Assembly (NCBI GenBank): GCA_976551045.1
Contig: CDPCPM010000078.1
Span: forward strand, 3,534,001-3,598,000
Source: Glaucostegus cemiculus
Taxonomy: Eukaryota
DNA length: 64,000 nucleotides
Direction: 5' to 3'
The position numbers were made by a program, and so were the translations under genes. Below the pieces are notes generated by a model, which was not told where the DNA came from, made no database searches, and saw only the letters and a list, made by a program, of their open reading frames with translations. Numbering within the stretch: the first letter of the stretch is position 1; each line of letters begins with the position of its first letter. Of this stretch, positions 39,985 through 51,204 are shown piece after piece.

Positions 39985-41027
39985 ACAACCATAGAACACT
40001 ACAGCACATTTGGCCCTTCTAGTCGGTGCTGAAACTTTATTCCGCTAGTCCCATTTACTTGCACCCAGTCCACAACCCTCCAGATCTCTCCCATCCATGT
40101 ATCTATCCAATTTATTCTTAAAACTTAAGAGTGAGCTCATATTTACTACATCAGATGGCAGCCCAATCCACACTCCCACCACTCTCTGAGTGAAGAAGTT
40201 CCCCCTAATGTTCCCCATAAACCTTTCCCCTTTCACCCTAAAGCCATATCTCTCCTAATCTAGGTAGAAAGAGCCTACTCGCATTTACTCTGTCTCTACA
40301 CCTCATAATTTTGTAAACCTCTATCAAATCTCCCCTCATTCTTCTATGTTCCAAGGAATAAAGTCCTAACCTGTTCAATCTTTCCCTGTAACTCAACTCC
40401 TGAAGACCTGGCAACAGTCTAGTAAATCTTCTTTGCAGTTTTTCAATCTTGCTGATATCCTTCCTATAGTTAGGTGATCAGAACTGCGCACAATACTCCA
40501 AATTTGGCCTCAACAATGTCTTATACAACCTCACCATAACATCCCAGCTCCTATACTCAATACTTTGATTTATGAATGCCAGGATGCCAAAAGCCTTCTT
40601 TACAACCCTGTCTACCTGTGATGCCACTTTCAAGGAATTATGTATCTGAATTCCCAGATCCCTTTGTTCCTCCACACTCCTCAGTGCCCTACCATTTACT
40701 GTGTATGTCCTACCTTGATTTGTCCTTCCAAAATGCAACATCTCACACTTGTCTGCATTACAATCCATCTGCCATTTTCTGGCCCATTTTTCCAGTTGGT
40801 CCACATCCCTCTGCAAGCTTTGAAAGCCTTCCTCGCTGTCCAAAATGCCTCCAAACTTGCTGATCCAATTTACCACATTATTATCTAGATCATTGATATA
40901 GACAACAAACAACAATGGTCCCAGCATAGATCGCTGAGGCACACCACTAGTCACAGGCCTCCAGTCTGAGAAACAATCATCCACTACCACTCTCTATCTT
41001 CTCCCACACAACCAATTTAGAATCCAA
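39985..41027 (-). mobile_element. CR1 LINE 3' fragment nested in the Rex1 tail
   Basis: ORF 40478-40990 is CR1 RT (SGVPQRSMLGPLLF…). The Rex tail gaaaaacttgtctt|gcatacc is split by it, with tctt at both junctions. Confidence 0.93.
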
Positions 41028-41930
41028 TCTTGCATACCATTCGTACAGTTCAATTCATTACACAGTGTATTGAGGTAGTACAGGGTAAAAACAATAACAG
41101 AATACAGAATAAAGTGTCACAGCTACAGGGAAGTGCATCGCAGGTAGACAATAAGGTGCAGGGTCATAACAACTTAGATTGCGAGATCAAGAGTCCATCT
41201 CATTATATAAGGGAACCGTTCAATAGCCTTATCACAGTGGGATAGAAGCTGTCCTTGAGCCTGGTGGTATGTGCCCTCAGGCTCCTGTATCTTCTGCTTG
41301 AATGGAGAGGGGAGAAAAGAAAATGACTCGAGTGGATGGGGTCTTTGATTATGCTAGCTACTTCACGAAGGCAGTGAGAGGTATTGACAGAATCCACAGA
41401 GGGGAAGTTGGTTTCCATGATGTGCTGGGCCACGTCCACAACTCTCTGCAGTTTCTTGCAGTCCCAGGCAGAGCAGTTGCCATACCAAACTGTGATACAT
41501 CCAGATAAGATGTTTTCTATGGTGCATCTGTAAAAGTTGGTGAGTGTCAAAGGGGACATGCCAAATTTTTTAACCTCCTGAGGAAGAAGAGGCGCTGGTG
41601 AGCTTTCTTGACTGTGGCGTCTACGTGGTTGGACTATAAGACAGGCTATTGGTGATGTTCACTCCTAGGAACTTAAAGCTCTCAACCCTCTCGACTTCAG
41701 CACCATTGATGTAGGCAGGTACTTGTACACTGCCCCCCTTTCCTGAAGTCAATGACCAGTTCTTTTGTTTTGCTGAGGGAAAGGTTGTTGTCATGACAAC
41801 ATGTCACTAAGCTCTCTATCTCCTTCCTGTACTCTGACTCATCATTATTTGAGATACTGCCTACTACAGTGCTATCATCTGCAAACTTGTAGATGGAGTT
41901 AGAGCAGAATCTGGCCATGCAGTCATGAGT

Positions 41931-42256
41931 CGCTCATTCATCCATCTTCCTTGCTAACACTATGGGATGCTAGGTGCACAGGAATGCACCAGCACTTTAA
42001 ATGCCCGCCACCAGCTCGTTCACTTTAATAACTATTTATTCAATTACCTGCCGTATTTAATTTAACCTGCCGTATTTAATTTAATTTAAACTTCCGTAGT
42101 TTTTAATGGTTTTTTTGTTCAGTGTGTCTGTGTGTCTCTGCTGTTTGTTATTTAATGGGACGAGCACCTGAGGAGGACGGTATCTCGCTCCTATGCATAC
42201 TATGTATGTATATGGTTGTGACAATAAACCTGATTCTTCTTCTTCTTCTATTCTTC
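41931..42256 (+). mobile_element. Unclassified retroposed 3' end with a (TTC)n tail, nested in Rex1
   Basis: Interrupts the Rex RT between gcagtcatgagt and tgagtagagggctgagg; ends gtgacaataaacctga(ttc)n; internal duplication acctgccgtatttaattta x2. Confidence 0.65.
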
Positions 42257-42695
42257 TGAGTAGAGGGCTGAGGACGCAGCCTTGTGGGGCACCAGTGTTG
42301 AGAATAGCAATAAATAAAAGTAAGACAATAGCAGAAATGCAAGTTAAAATGAATAGCAATGACTGAAAAGGTTGAGGCTGAAAAGGTTGCCGCAAGATAG
42401 CAACTATTATTTTCCAATCACTGTCTGGCTAAATAAATATCTCTTGCATTCTCTTGCGACTATACAGTAGAGTCATAGACTTGTAAAGGATGGAAGCAAG
42501 CAGTTCAGCCTACTGAGTCCATGCTGACTATCTGGAACTATCTTCCAGATACAGAATGAAAACATCCACCTTACCAAAAAAAACACGCACAAACTGAATC
42601 CTCCATCAAAGCACCACTTACTTTTTTGGAGAAACAGCCTCAACCTTTTTAGTCATTGCCATTAGTTTCAACTTGCATTTCTGTTATTCTCTTAC

Positions 42696-42848
42696 TTTGC
42701 ACCTTCTTTAGGGCATCAAAATTCTTTGAGCAATACAGAGGTCAGAATGAAGTGTGCAACCCAAACATAGTCCAATCAAGATTCTATGAAAGTTTAACTG
42801 AATTCCTCTTTTGCCAAGAAAAGATTGAAAGGTGACCTGATAGAGGCA
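42696..42848. repeat. Right arm of the ~155-bp inverted repeat
   Basis: Reverse complement of 39770-39926, roughly four-fifths identical by eye. Confidence 0.9.
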
Positions 42849-43261
42849 TTTAAGATTATAAAGTGGTTTAAAAGAGTAAAGAAGAGTGGACATTTTCAAT
42901 ATTGGTGGATTTCAAAATTAGAGGCCTCTAATACAAGATATGGTGAGTAAAAAAATTCATAAATGTTTGGGCTGACACTTCAATGGAGTATTGAGGGATT
43001 CCTGTAAATGTGATGCCATGTTCTGGATTTGAGGTAACATCAGATCCTTGAAGTAGGTGCAATGGATGTTAAAGTGCTACTGAGGTACCCAGGCTTATAT
43101 TTTTCCTCCTCAAAATATCCTAACCTAGAAATACATCACTGATTAGCAATGTGAAACACAGCATATTCTACCAGCTGTGCATTATACTCCATTTATGAAA
43201 TTCAGTTTCTTTGATGCCGATAAAATCAAAACCTGGAGGTAGTCACTACCAGACAGTAGGG

Positions 43262-43440
43262 AGACACAAGAGACTTCAGATGCTGGAATCTGGAGCAATA
43301 AACAATCTGCTGGAGGAACTCAGCAGGTTGAGCAGCACCTGTGGGGGGGAAAGGAATTGTTCATGATTCGAACCATCAACAGTTCCTTTCCTCCTATACA
43401 TGCTGCTCGGCCCACTGAGTTCCTCCAGCAGATTGTTGCT
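43262..43440. mobile_element. PLE-derived fold-back element (~60-bp arms, 16-nt loop)
   Basis: 43301-43361 aacaatctgctggaggaactcag…gagcagca…ggaaaggaattgtt pairs with 43378-43437 aacagttcctttcc…tgctgctc…ctgagttcctccagcagattgtt; the outer 23 bp are perfect. Confidence 0.85.
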
Positions 43441-43944
43441 TCACTCTATCAGCAGTATGTTTGCTGCTATCAACAGGAGAGGAACTTACAGACAATTAGC
43501 TCCTCAGTTTAATAGTGTTTTTTTTGTGGGGAGTGGCTGTCCACAGATTGGCCACTGTATTTCCTTCATCTTGAAAGTAACTTCACAGTCCACAAAACCC
43601 TTGAAGATGGCATGTGGTTATGAAAGAATCTACAGAAATCATAGGTTCTCTTCTACTTTTCCTTCTCTGCTTTCAATACTTCCAGAATCAACCTGTGCTT
43701 TGTTTGGCTTTCTTATTCCTTCACTCACTCAACAGAGCCAACAGAATAACTTAACCAAAGTTGTACCTGAGTCATGAGGAAGATATGCCTTTTATTAGGC
43801 CACATCCAGATACAGTTTCCTGTTATGGTTATTGCAGCACAAGAAGGTTATTCAAGTGCTGGTGGCAGTGCAGAAAAGAACCAAGAGGCTAAACCTCCAA
43901 TCTGAAATAAAAGATCCGAGACAGACTTTTCAGTCTCCAACACT

Positions 43945-44260
43945 GATAGGAGTCATGCAGCACGGAAGCAGGCCCTTTGGCCCACCGTCCATGCTGACCA
44001 TCCAGCATCCCATTTACCTTAAACCCATTTTCATTCTCCCTACATTCCCACCAACCAGATAATACCACTGAACAGCACACTAAGAGCAATTTACCATGGC
44101 TAATTAATCATCCAACCTACACATCTTTGGGATGTAGGAGAAAACCAGAACACACGGAGGAAACCCATGTGTTTACTGGTCGACTCCATATGGATAGCAC
44201 CAGAATTAAGGATTGAACATGGGTTGCTGGAGCTGTGAGGTGGCTGCACACTACGTTGTC
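43945..44260 (-). mobile_element. Old V-SINE (HE1-like, CR1-type tail)
   Basis: Antisense CR1-like tail (gcagcacggaagcaggccctttggccc), V-domain (tctttgggatgtaggagaaaaccagaacacacggaggaaaccca) and tRNA head. Confidence 0.8.
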
Positions 44261-46561
44261 CATGCTCTTCTGGAAACATTTATTCCTCAAAAATCAAAAC
44301 TATGGGACTAAGTTTAAAAACACTAACTGCCGAATCCTGTGACTTCCACAAAGTCAGTCAATTCATTTTCAATCCACTATTCAAAACATCTGTGTACTGA
44401 AGGCTGACTAAGCTAATAATCTCTTGAAATTCTTTCCAGCAAATTCCACGCTAACAAGCAACATTCTACAATGCTCCCATCGATAAAACGATTTTCCTCC
44501 AAAAGCGGGAATGGGAGAAAGAGAACAAAAAATGTGCTGCCTTTTAAACATTCATGTTGACTTTTACTTCAAGAACTGTCACCAAGCACAATGTTAATTT
44601 TCATTCTGTTGCAAATTTCCACACAAGACAGCATTATCTTCATTTTCGTAAAGACTGGAAAGATTCAGGAGCTGTTAATAAATCACTGGATTGCAAGATT
44701 TAAATTAGTCAAAACTTCACTCTCTTTCTTCAGAAAACAAGTGCGTGCCTGCCTCAAGTTTGCAACTAAACATTTCAATTATGCTGACCAAAGGTTGCTT
44801 GTTTCCCCATGGTTATAGTTCAAACAAACCCAGCCTGGTTGTTTTTGATCAATAATAGGATTTTCTTCAACTGATATGCTTGGATGTTCCCGTCAGCAGG
44901 CTATTCAGAAGTTAGTATTTTCAAATTATTTCCATGTGCCTCTCTCTGCCCTAAAACAATTAGTTATCATTACAAAGAGCTGAAGAAGCAATACAAACCA
45001 TCACACTTCCTTTTTGGAGTTGCACTGAACTAATATCACCACCACCAAAAACCTGAACTTTAGAAAAATGAGATTGTTCATTTGGTCTTCATTCATTTAC
45101 TTTGGAAAAGTTGCCAGCAAAGGAGTGCAGCACTGCTCAAAAGTTAAGCCAGATAATGCTGTTCTGAAAGGTAAGACCCAAAGGGCCTTCTTTGCGAGTG
45201 TTTCTGCAGCAAGAACAATGCAAACCTACACTCCAAGCTTACAGTGGACAGGGGCAGGGTTGCCACCACTCCAAATGGAGATATTCTTGAAAGTTTGCTT
45301 ATTACATCCTGACTACATGATATCTGATCATGTTAATGGTATGCCTGATCAGAATATAAACTAAATGTAATAACCTTTGTAGATGTAAAGTCTAGGTCTG
45401 CAGGAAATTAGGCCAAGCCTTAACTCCCAACCACCACCTCAATCACAACCAACCAAAACTAACAACCAAGATTCCTGATCTCCAACCTTTCACCATTATG
45501 ATGATGCAAAATATCCAATTTCAAAACCCCATTCATCATTTGCACCCTTCAGATGTCAGACTGATTGGAACTGCAAAACAGTATAATCCCCACCACAAAG
45601 GACATTTCAGAACACTTGATTCCAGTAAATTTCCATTTGTTCCCTCATTGAGCTTTCAGCTATTGAACTGCCAATCATTCACCGAAATACAGAAACAAGG
45701 TGGCCTTACGTGTTACTGGGAAACGCCAGAGGTCTTTGTTTATTGACTGTTTCACCACCAAGACTTAAGCCTTCATCTGCCAGGACAAATGGAGCTGTAG
45801 AAAGAAAATATACTTTTAACACAAATTCACAGGTTTAATTCTCGTTGAGCAGTCAGTGATGTATTAAGTTGTCAAAGGCTCTGCAACTTCATAGTATGGA
45901 CAAATTCAACATTTAAGAAAATCAGGTTAGTAGAAAATTAGGCAACAGATTTATTGCCATTGTAATCAAAGTAAACACAAATGGCTTTTGCAGCAATAGC
46001 AGATTTTTCTGAGAATTGCTAATGAATAGGCTGGGGGAAAAAGTGGGATGTCTGTGGACTACCTAAGCAATGACCAAATGAAGTGAAACAGTCAGAACTA
46101 CCTGGTCTATCCCATTAGATGGTATGCAGTAAATGACAGTCAGCTCATATCATGCACTTGGGCCAAAATAAGGACTGTAAAGTGAGTAGTAAACAATAAT
46201 TGTGTATTCTCTAGAACCATTGCAGATGAACTCTTGGTGAATAATTGGAATGGTTAACTTTATTAATCAAAGTAAAGTATTAATCAAAGTATTAATCTTC
46301 CTTCCAAGTTAGGTTCACCTCTTTCCACAACTTCTTACTTATTTACAGAATATAAATGAAACTGTTGCTTACCACCAGAGTGTTGCTTGTGACCTGGCTG
46401 CTAGTGGCCAACACTGGTATTAACTGACTCAGACTCCAAGATTTCTGTTCTTCCTAAGATTCTTGTATCTTCATAATAAATTCCCTTTCACTAACCAAAG
46501 CATTAAAAAATTTTCATGACAGTGTTGTAGTTAAGCAGAATCCAACATGTTATTCACTTAC

Positions 46562-46609
46562 CATCTTCGGTGGCCAGTGTTCTATACTTAATATTAATTA
46601 GTTTTATCA
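46562..46609 (-). CDS. Candidate 48-nt symmetric (phase 1-1) cassette exon, xIKLINIKYRTLATED
   Basis: Donor ATG|GTAAGT with a consensus intronic half; acceptor tttcttgcgttctgtcaaaAG; only the phase-1 frame is open; upstream TGC-rich tandem; non-repetitive context. Host gene not recognised. Confidence 0.3.
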
Positions 46610-47189
46610 CTTTTGACAGAACGCAAGAAACATTCGCAAAGCAAAATGATGCAAAGCAAAGTGATGCAAAGCAACACACAACACATTTAAATTATCATTC
46701 AACAAGAATGAATAATATATTAACATTCATAGCACAAAACCATTGCATATGATATTTCTGGAAACCAGCTACAGCATCAGGCAGAAGCACTTGCTTCTGT
46801 TGACTGAATAAATGCAAGTCTTGATTGAAGAGCAGCTTCAGGTCCAAACAAAGAAGCTAGATGTTTATATTCAATTTCAATTTCCTTTCACAAAATGAAT
46901 TTAAACAGCTTTGATGCAACTCCTACAAAACCACCTATAATTCAGCAATAAATGTGATTTGTTAAATCTGTTGGCTGACTGAAATTATGAAGGGTCAGAG
47001 CAGTGCTCTCCACTGATAATGCCAAAGTGCATTGTTTGACTGTGGGGTGGGGGGTACTGTTTTAAACTTGAGTCCAAGTTGGTGAGTCCCCTTTATTAAC
47101 AGAGGAAGAATTCCAAGGCTGAGCACCGATATCCCTCACTTCAAGTACACAAGCACCAATGAGCATTAATTTGTTATATCGCTCTTTAC

Positions 47190-47430
47190 TCTGTTCAGAC
47201 TGCATGCTGCATTCTCACATACGATTCCCTGCCCTCCACTGGTCCTCTCAGAGCAGTGAATTGCCCAGAGTTTGGAGTGACAAAGCTGCATGTAAAGGCT
47301 GGTGTCGAATGGGCTGGCTTGAACAGTGTACCCACTCACCACTCAGATGTGGGACTCAGGGCTGCATCTGGGTCAGCACTCACGAGGGACCAAGGTTAGC
47401 ATCAGGTTCCAGACACAACAGTACTGTCTG
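47190..47430 (+). repeat. Solo arm of the unclassified fold-back family at 4012-4620
   Basis: tccctgccctccactggtcct…ctggtgtcga…ctcaccactcagatgtgggactcaggg…gggaccaag aligns with 4036-4209 tccctgccctccgctggtgct…ctggtgttga…ctcagcactgagacgtggagctcagga…gggatcaag. Confidence 0.6.
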
Positions 47431-47814
47431 TAATTTCTTCACAAATAATACAAGGCTGACTCCTTTTAGCACTGACTTCATGAGCGATTTAATTCCAGGA
47501 ATGCATCTGAAGCACTATACTTACACTGAAAACAAAATGTTTTAAATCTCCAAAAAATGGTGTGCAAAATTATTTGTACCTCAAGCACTTATCAACAATG
47601 TGCATTAAAATACTATTTATAAATGAGAATTAGAACCAAGGATTTGTTCATAAGTCCCACTGGCATTGTGAAAATCAGTCACAGAATCTCTGTAGCCTAA
47701 AACTGCAGCTCACAGCGATACCTTTTCCATAATCACTGGACCAAAAGCTCACAACAGTAGTCCCAGAAGGAAGGATTTGTACAGCCAAAATGCAGCTACA
47801 AACAATTACATTCA

Positions 47815-48050
47815 CTGTAATAAAGTGCTTCGAGAGGGTGGTTATGGAGTGAATGAGCTCCAGCCTCAAAAATGACCTGGATCCCCTTCAATTTGCCTAC
47901 TACCACAACAGGTCAACAGCAGATGCTATTTCGCTGGCTCTCCATTCTGTTCTGATCCATTTAGACAATAGTGATGCATATATCAGGCTGCTGTTCATTG
48001 ACAACAGCTCTGCATTCAACACTATTGTTCCCTCCAAACTTATCATCAAC
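47815..48050 (+). mobile_element. Rex1/Babar RT fragment
   Basis: [23 protein letters not shown]…[22 protein letters not shown]. Confidence 0.9.
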
Positions 48051-48339
48051 CCTTTTACTAAGTTACACCAGTTTTAAACTAAGACATGATGGGAAAATTA
48101 CTCAGTCATGCAAATGAAGATTAATTTAAAAAAACTTCAGCTAAGAAGCATTCTGAAAGCTATGAGGAACCTTTCTATGAATACACGTTTTCTTCAAAAT
48201 CCAAGCAGCTATTTCCTTCATGACAAACAACTTGTTTTCTGTTCACATTACTGTGCCTTTGCAATGAAAAATAGAGTTTGTAATTCAGCTTTCATTAAGG
48301 TTTAAGCAAAATTTAGTTATCTGTATTTTTTCTATAAAG

Positions 48340-48645
48340 AAGGAGGCCATTTCAGCCCATCTGGTATTTGCCTGCTCACAGAATAATCCCACTTCCCAAC
48401 TAACCTCCTCTGCAAACTTTATGCCCATTAACGTCCCCAGATTTATCTGTACACCAGGGGCAATTTACAACGGCCAAATATTCTTCCATCCTGTACATCC
48501 TTGGGATGTGGATGGAACCCAGAGTACCCAGAATAAACAGGGTGGTCACAAGCAGAATGTGCAAACTCCAGACAACACCGGTGTTTAAAATTTAATCTGG
48601 ATCTCTGGAGCAATGAGACAGCAGCTCCACTGGCTGTGCCACTGT
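48340..48645 (-). mobile_element. Old V-SINE (HE1-like)
   Basis: ggggcaatttacaacggcc…ccttgggatgtggatggaacccagagtaccc…gtgcaaactccagac…gcagctccactggctgtgccact. Confidence 0.7.
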
Positions 48646-49574
48646 TTCAAGCCTGTTTAATTGAACAGTGTGATTTTAAAGACTGCATTCAAATTTAAAC
48701 TTAGAAGGATATGGACTCTCCCAGAAGAGTGGTCCTTGAATTCATATCCCCTCCCCACCCAAGTTTCAGACAGAAGCCAAAAGACAGAGAAGAAAAGAAA
48801 AGCAGAACACCTTCACACAAAAGCTTACTCTTAAAAATTTTGAATCTGGAAAACTTTCCTTAACACTTGGATTGTTGAAAATACAGGTAGTTTTTTGCAG
48901 GAATTCCTTATCAAATCTTGTGAGTCTGAAACATGTGATTCCCCTGACCCGATCCCCATGTTAAACCACCATGACTAATCAGACCCACGACCGAACTCTG
49001 TACCCTGTTCCCTTGACATCAGTGTGTCGAGCCTAACGTGCTTCTGGCTCTACCAAATTCTACATTCTCACTTTACAGTGGTGCCTAAACAAAAGGAGCA
49101 TCTCCTGCCATACTCCAGCATCCCCATCACATTACCACCATACTCCAGACCACCTCAAAGCCATTAACTCCAATACCTGCAAAACCCAGAATCAAAGCAG
49201 ATACAACTAATTCCCAGGATCAAGCCCCTCCGCTTGCAAATCACAGAATCAATCTGTATGTGCAGCCAAAGCCCCAATTCTTCTTACTCAACATTGTCAA
49301 TAGGGACACCTGGCGCACCTTGTACAACAACTTACTGTATATTCTTAAGATTAAAAATAATTAATAATATGTAGATGTAAAATTGATGTTGACTCAGTTA
49401 CATAAATTAAGCAGCTCACAATGCAATAAAATCCTGCATTTTAAAGGAAAAACAAAAGTCTTCTGGCTCAATGACAACAGTGGCAGATGAGATCCTCTAG
49501 TAAAACATGTTGCAAGTCATGCAGCTTTCACTCTGAAAGATTCATATTTATCCAGTCTTACTCCAACAATCAGA

Positions 49575-49863
49575 CAAGATCTTTATTAGTCACATGTACA
49601 TCAAAACAAAGGGTGAAATACATCTTTTGCTTAGTGATTTTGGGGGGCAGCCCGTAAGTATCGCCACGCTTCCAGCGCCAACATAGCATGCCCATAACTT
49701 CCTGTACGTCTTTGAAATGCGGGAGGAAACCGAAGCACCCGGAGGAAGCCCACACAGACATGAGGAGAACGTACAAACTCCTTACAGACAGTGGCCGGAT
49801 TTGAACCCGGGTCGCTGGCGCTGTAAAGCATTGTGCTAACCACTATGCTACCGTGCCGTCCCC
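49575..49863 (-). mobile_element. V-SINE subfamily A, full length
   Basis: Antisense copy of 6373-6665 and 8124-8402. Confidence 0.9.
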
Positions 49864-50129
49864 ACACATATCCTCTGGCTTGCATTGAACTTGCTTTTGC
49901 GCAAGTCATACCAGCAAATCCTCTGCTAAATTATCAGCTCTAATCAAACAAAGTACCTATCCCATCAAGTTTAACACGCAATATGGAATTCTTCAATTGC
50001 GTACAATTTATTGAAGCCAATGACAAAACATAGCAGTAAAAAAATCCCTTGCAATTACCACCAGCACAATGTCCAATTTTCAGTTTCTGCCTGTAAATCG
50101 CTGCATAGTGAAGGGAAAAACTGAGTTTG

Positions 50130-50930
50130 GGGATAAACAAAGCTGTAAGGCAAGGTGGGCTGTGAGGATGTAGTGGAGAGGCTTCAGAAGAAAACAAATT
50201 GATTAAGTCAATGGGCAAGGGATAGCAGATAGAATCCAATGTGGAAAAATTTTAAGTCATTCACTAAGTTGAAAAAAATAGGAACAATATTTTTTTTTAC
50301 ATCCATGAGAGATTGAAAGGCAAAAAAAGGCAAAGAAACCACAAATTCCTAAGTATAGAAGTCGCAAGGTTAACATGCAGGTACAGCAAGCAATTTAAAA
50401 AGCAAAAAGGGTATTGGGTCAAGGAGAGAAGTACAAGAGCAGAACGTCTTGCTCCAATTACACAAGGTGCCTGTTTAGACCGCATCTGAAATATTATCTA
50501 TAGCTCTGGTGTCTGTACCAAGGAAGGACCTATTGGCTATAGATGGAATGCAACAAATGATCACCAAATTAATTGCTGGAATAGCAGGATTATTGTATGA
50601 GGATATTAAACTGGCTAAGTGTATACTCTCAAGTCTAGAAGAGCAGAAGATTACCTCACTGCCACAAAGTTCCTTAAGAGACTCAACATGGTAAATGCAC
50701 TCATTTTCTTTGACCGTAGTATATAAAACTAGGGGATCACAGTCTCATAATCAGGGTGATTCAGGAATGGAATAAGAAAGAATTTCTTCACCCAGAGACT
50801 AGTGGATCTTAGGAATTCTCTACCCAATGGGATTGTGGGGCTCAATCAACAAGTAAATTAAAGAAAGTGAGTTCGGTATTAAGGAAATTAAGGGATATGG
50901 GGTTGATGCTGGAAAATGGTGCTAAAATTT
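50130..50930 (+). mobile_element. Old CR1 3' fragment
   Basis: Decayed RT C-terminus (RKDLLAIDGMQQMITKLIAGI) and the aatttcttcacccagag motif. Confidence 0.7.
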
Positions 50931-51204
50931 CACATTTTTCCACATCATCTTTAATCTGCCACATCCTCGCCAAGAAACTTAACCTGTTTATATCTCCTTG
51001 AATACTCTCTGTATCTTCTTAACGTGTTATTTTGCTGAGCAGTAGAAAAGGCACAAGAAGCTTTATGTGACTATTTCTGTGTTCTTATGTTCAATATTAA
51101 CTAAAGTAAAGATAATCATCAACTTCAGACCTTGGCAGAGGCCAGTGCAAAGGCTCAAATGGCTGGTTAACTATTTTTTTGTAAAAGGCGTAATCAAATC
51201 TGAA

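Larger units (their letters stand above)
39934..42306 (-). mobile_element. Rex1/Babar LINE (RT C-terminal half and tail) carrying two nested insertions
   Basis: ILNTGAPQGCVLSPLL (42257-42306), IYKFADDSTVVG (41697-41918), LTNFYRCTIENILSGCITVWYGNC…TTRLKDSFYP (41203-41559); tail attggtttattattgtcacttgtacc at 39935. Confidence 0.92.

Noticed and set aside
44724-44785. KQVRACLKFATKH resembling a Tc1 transposase motif
   Set aside because: Too short; no flanking transposase similarity or TIRs.
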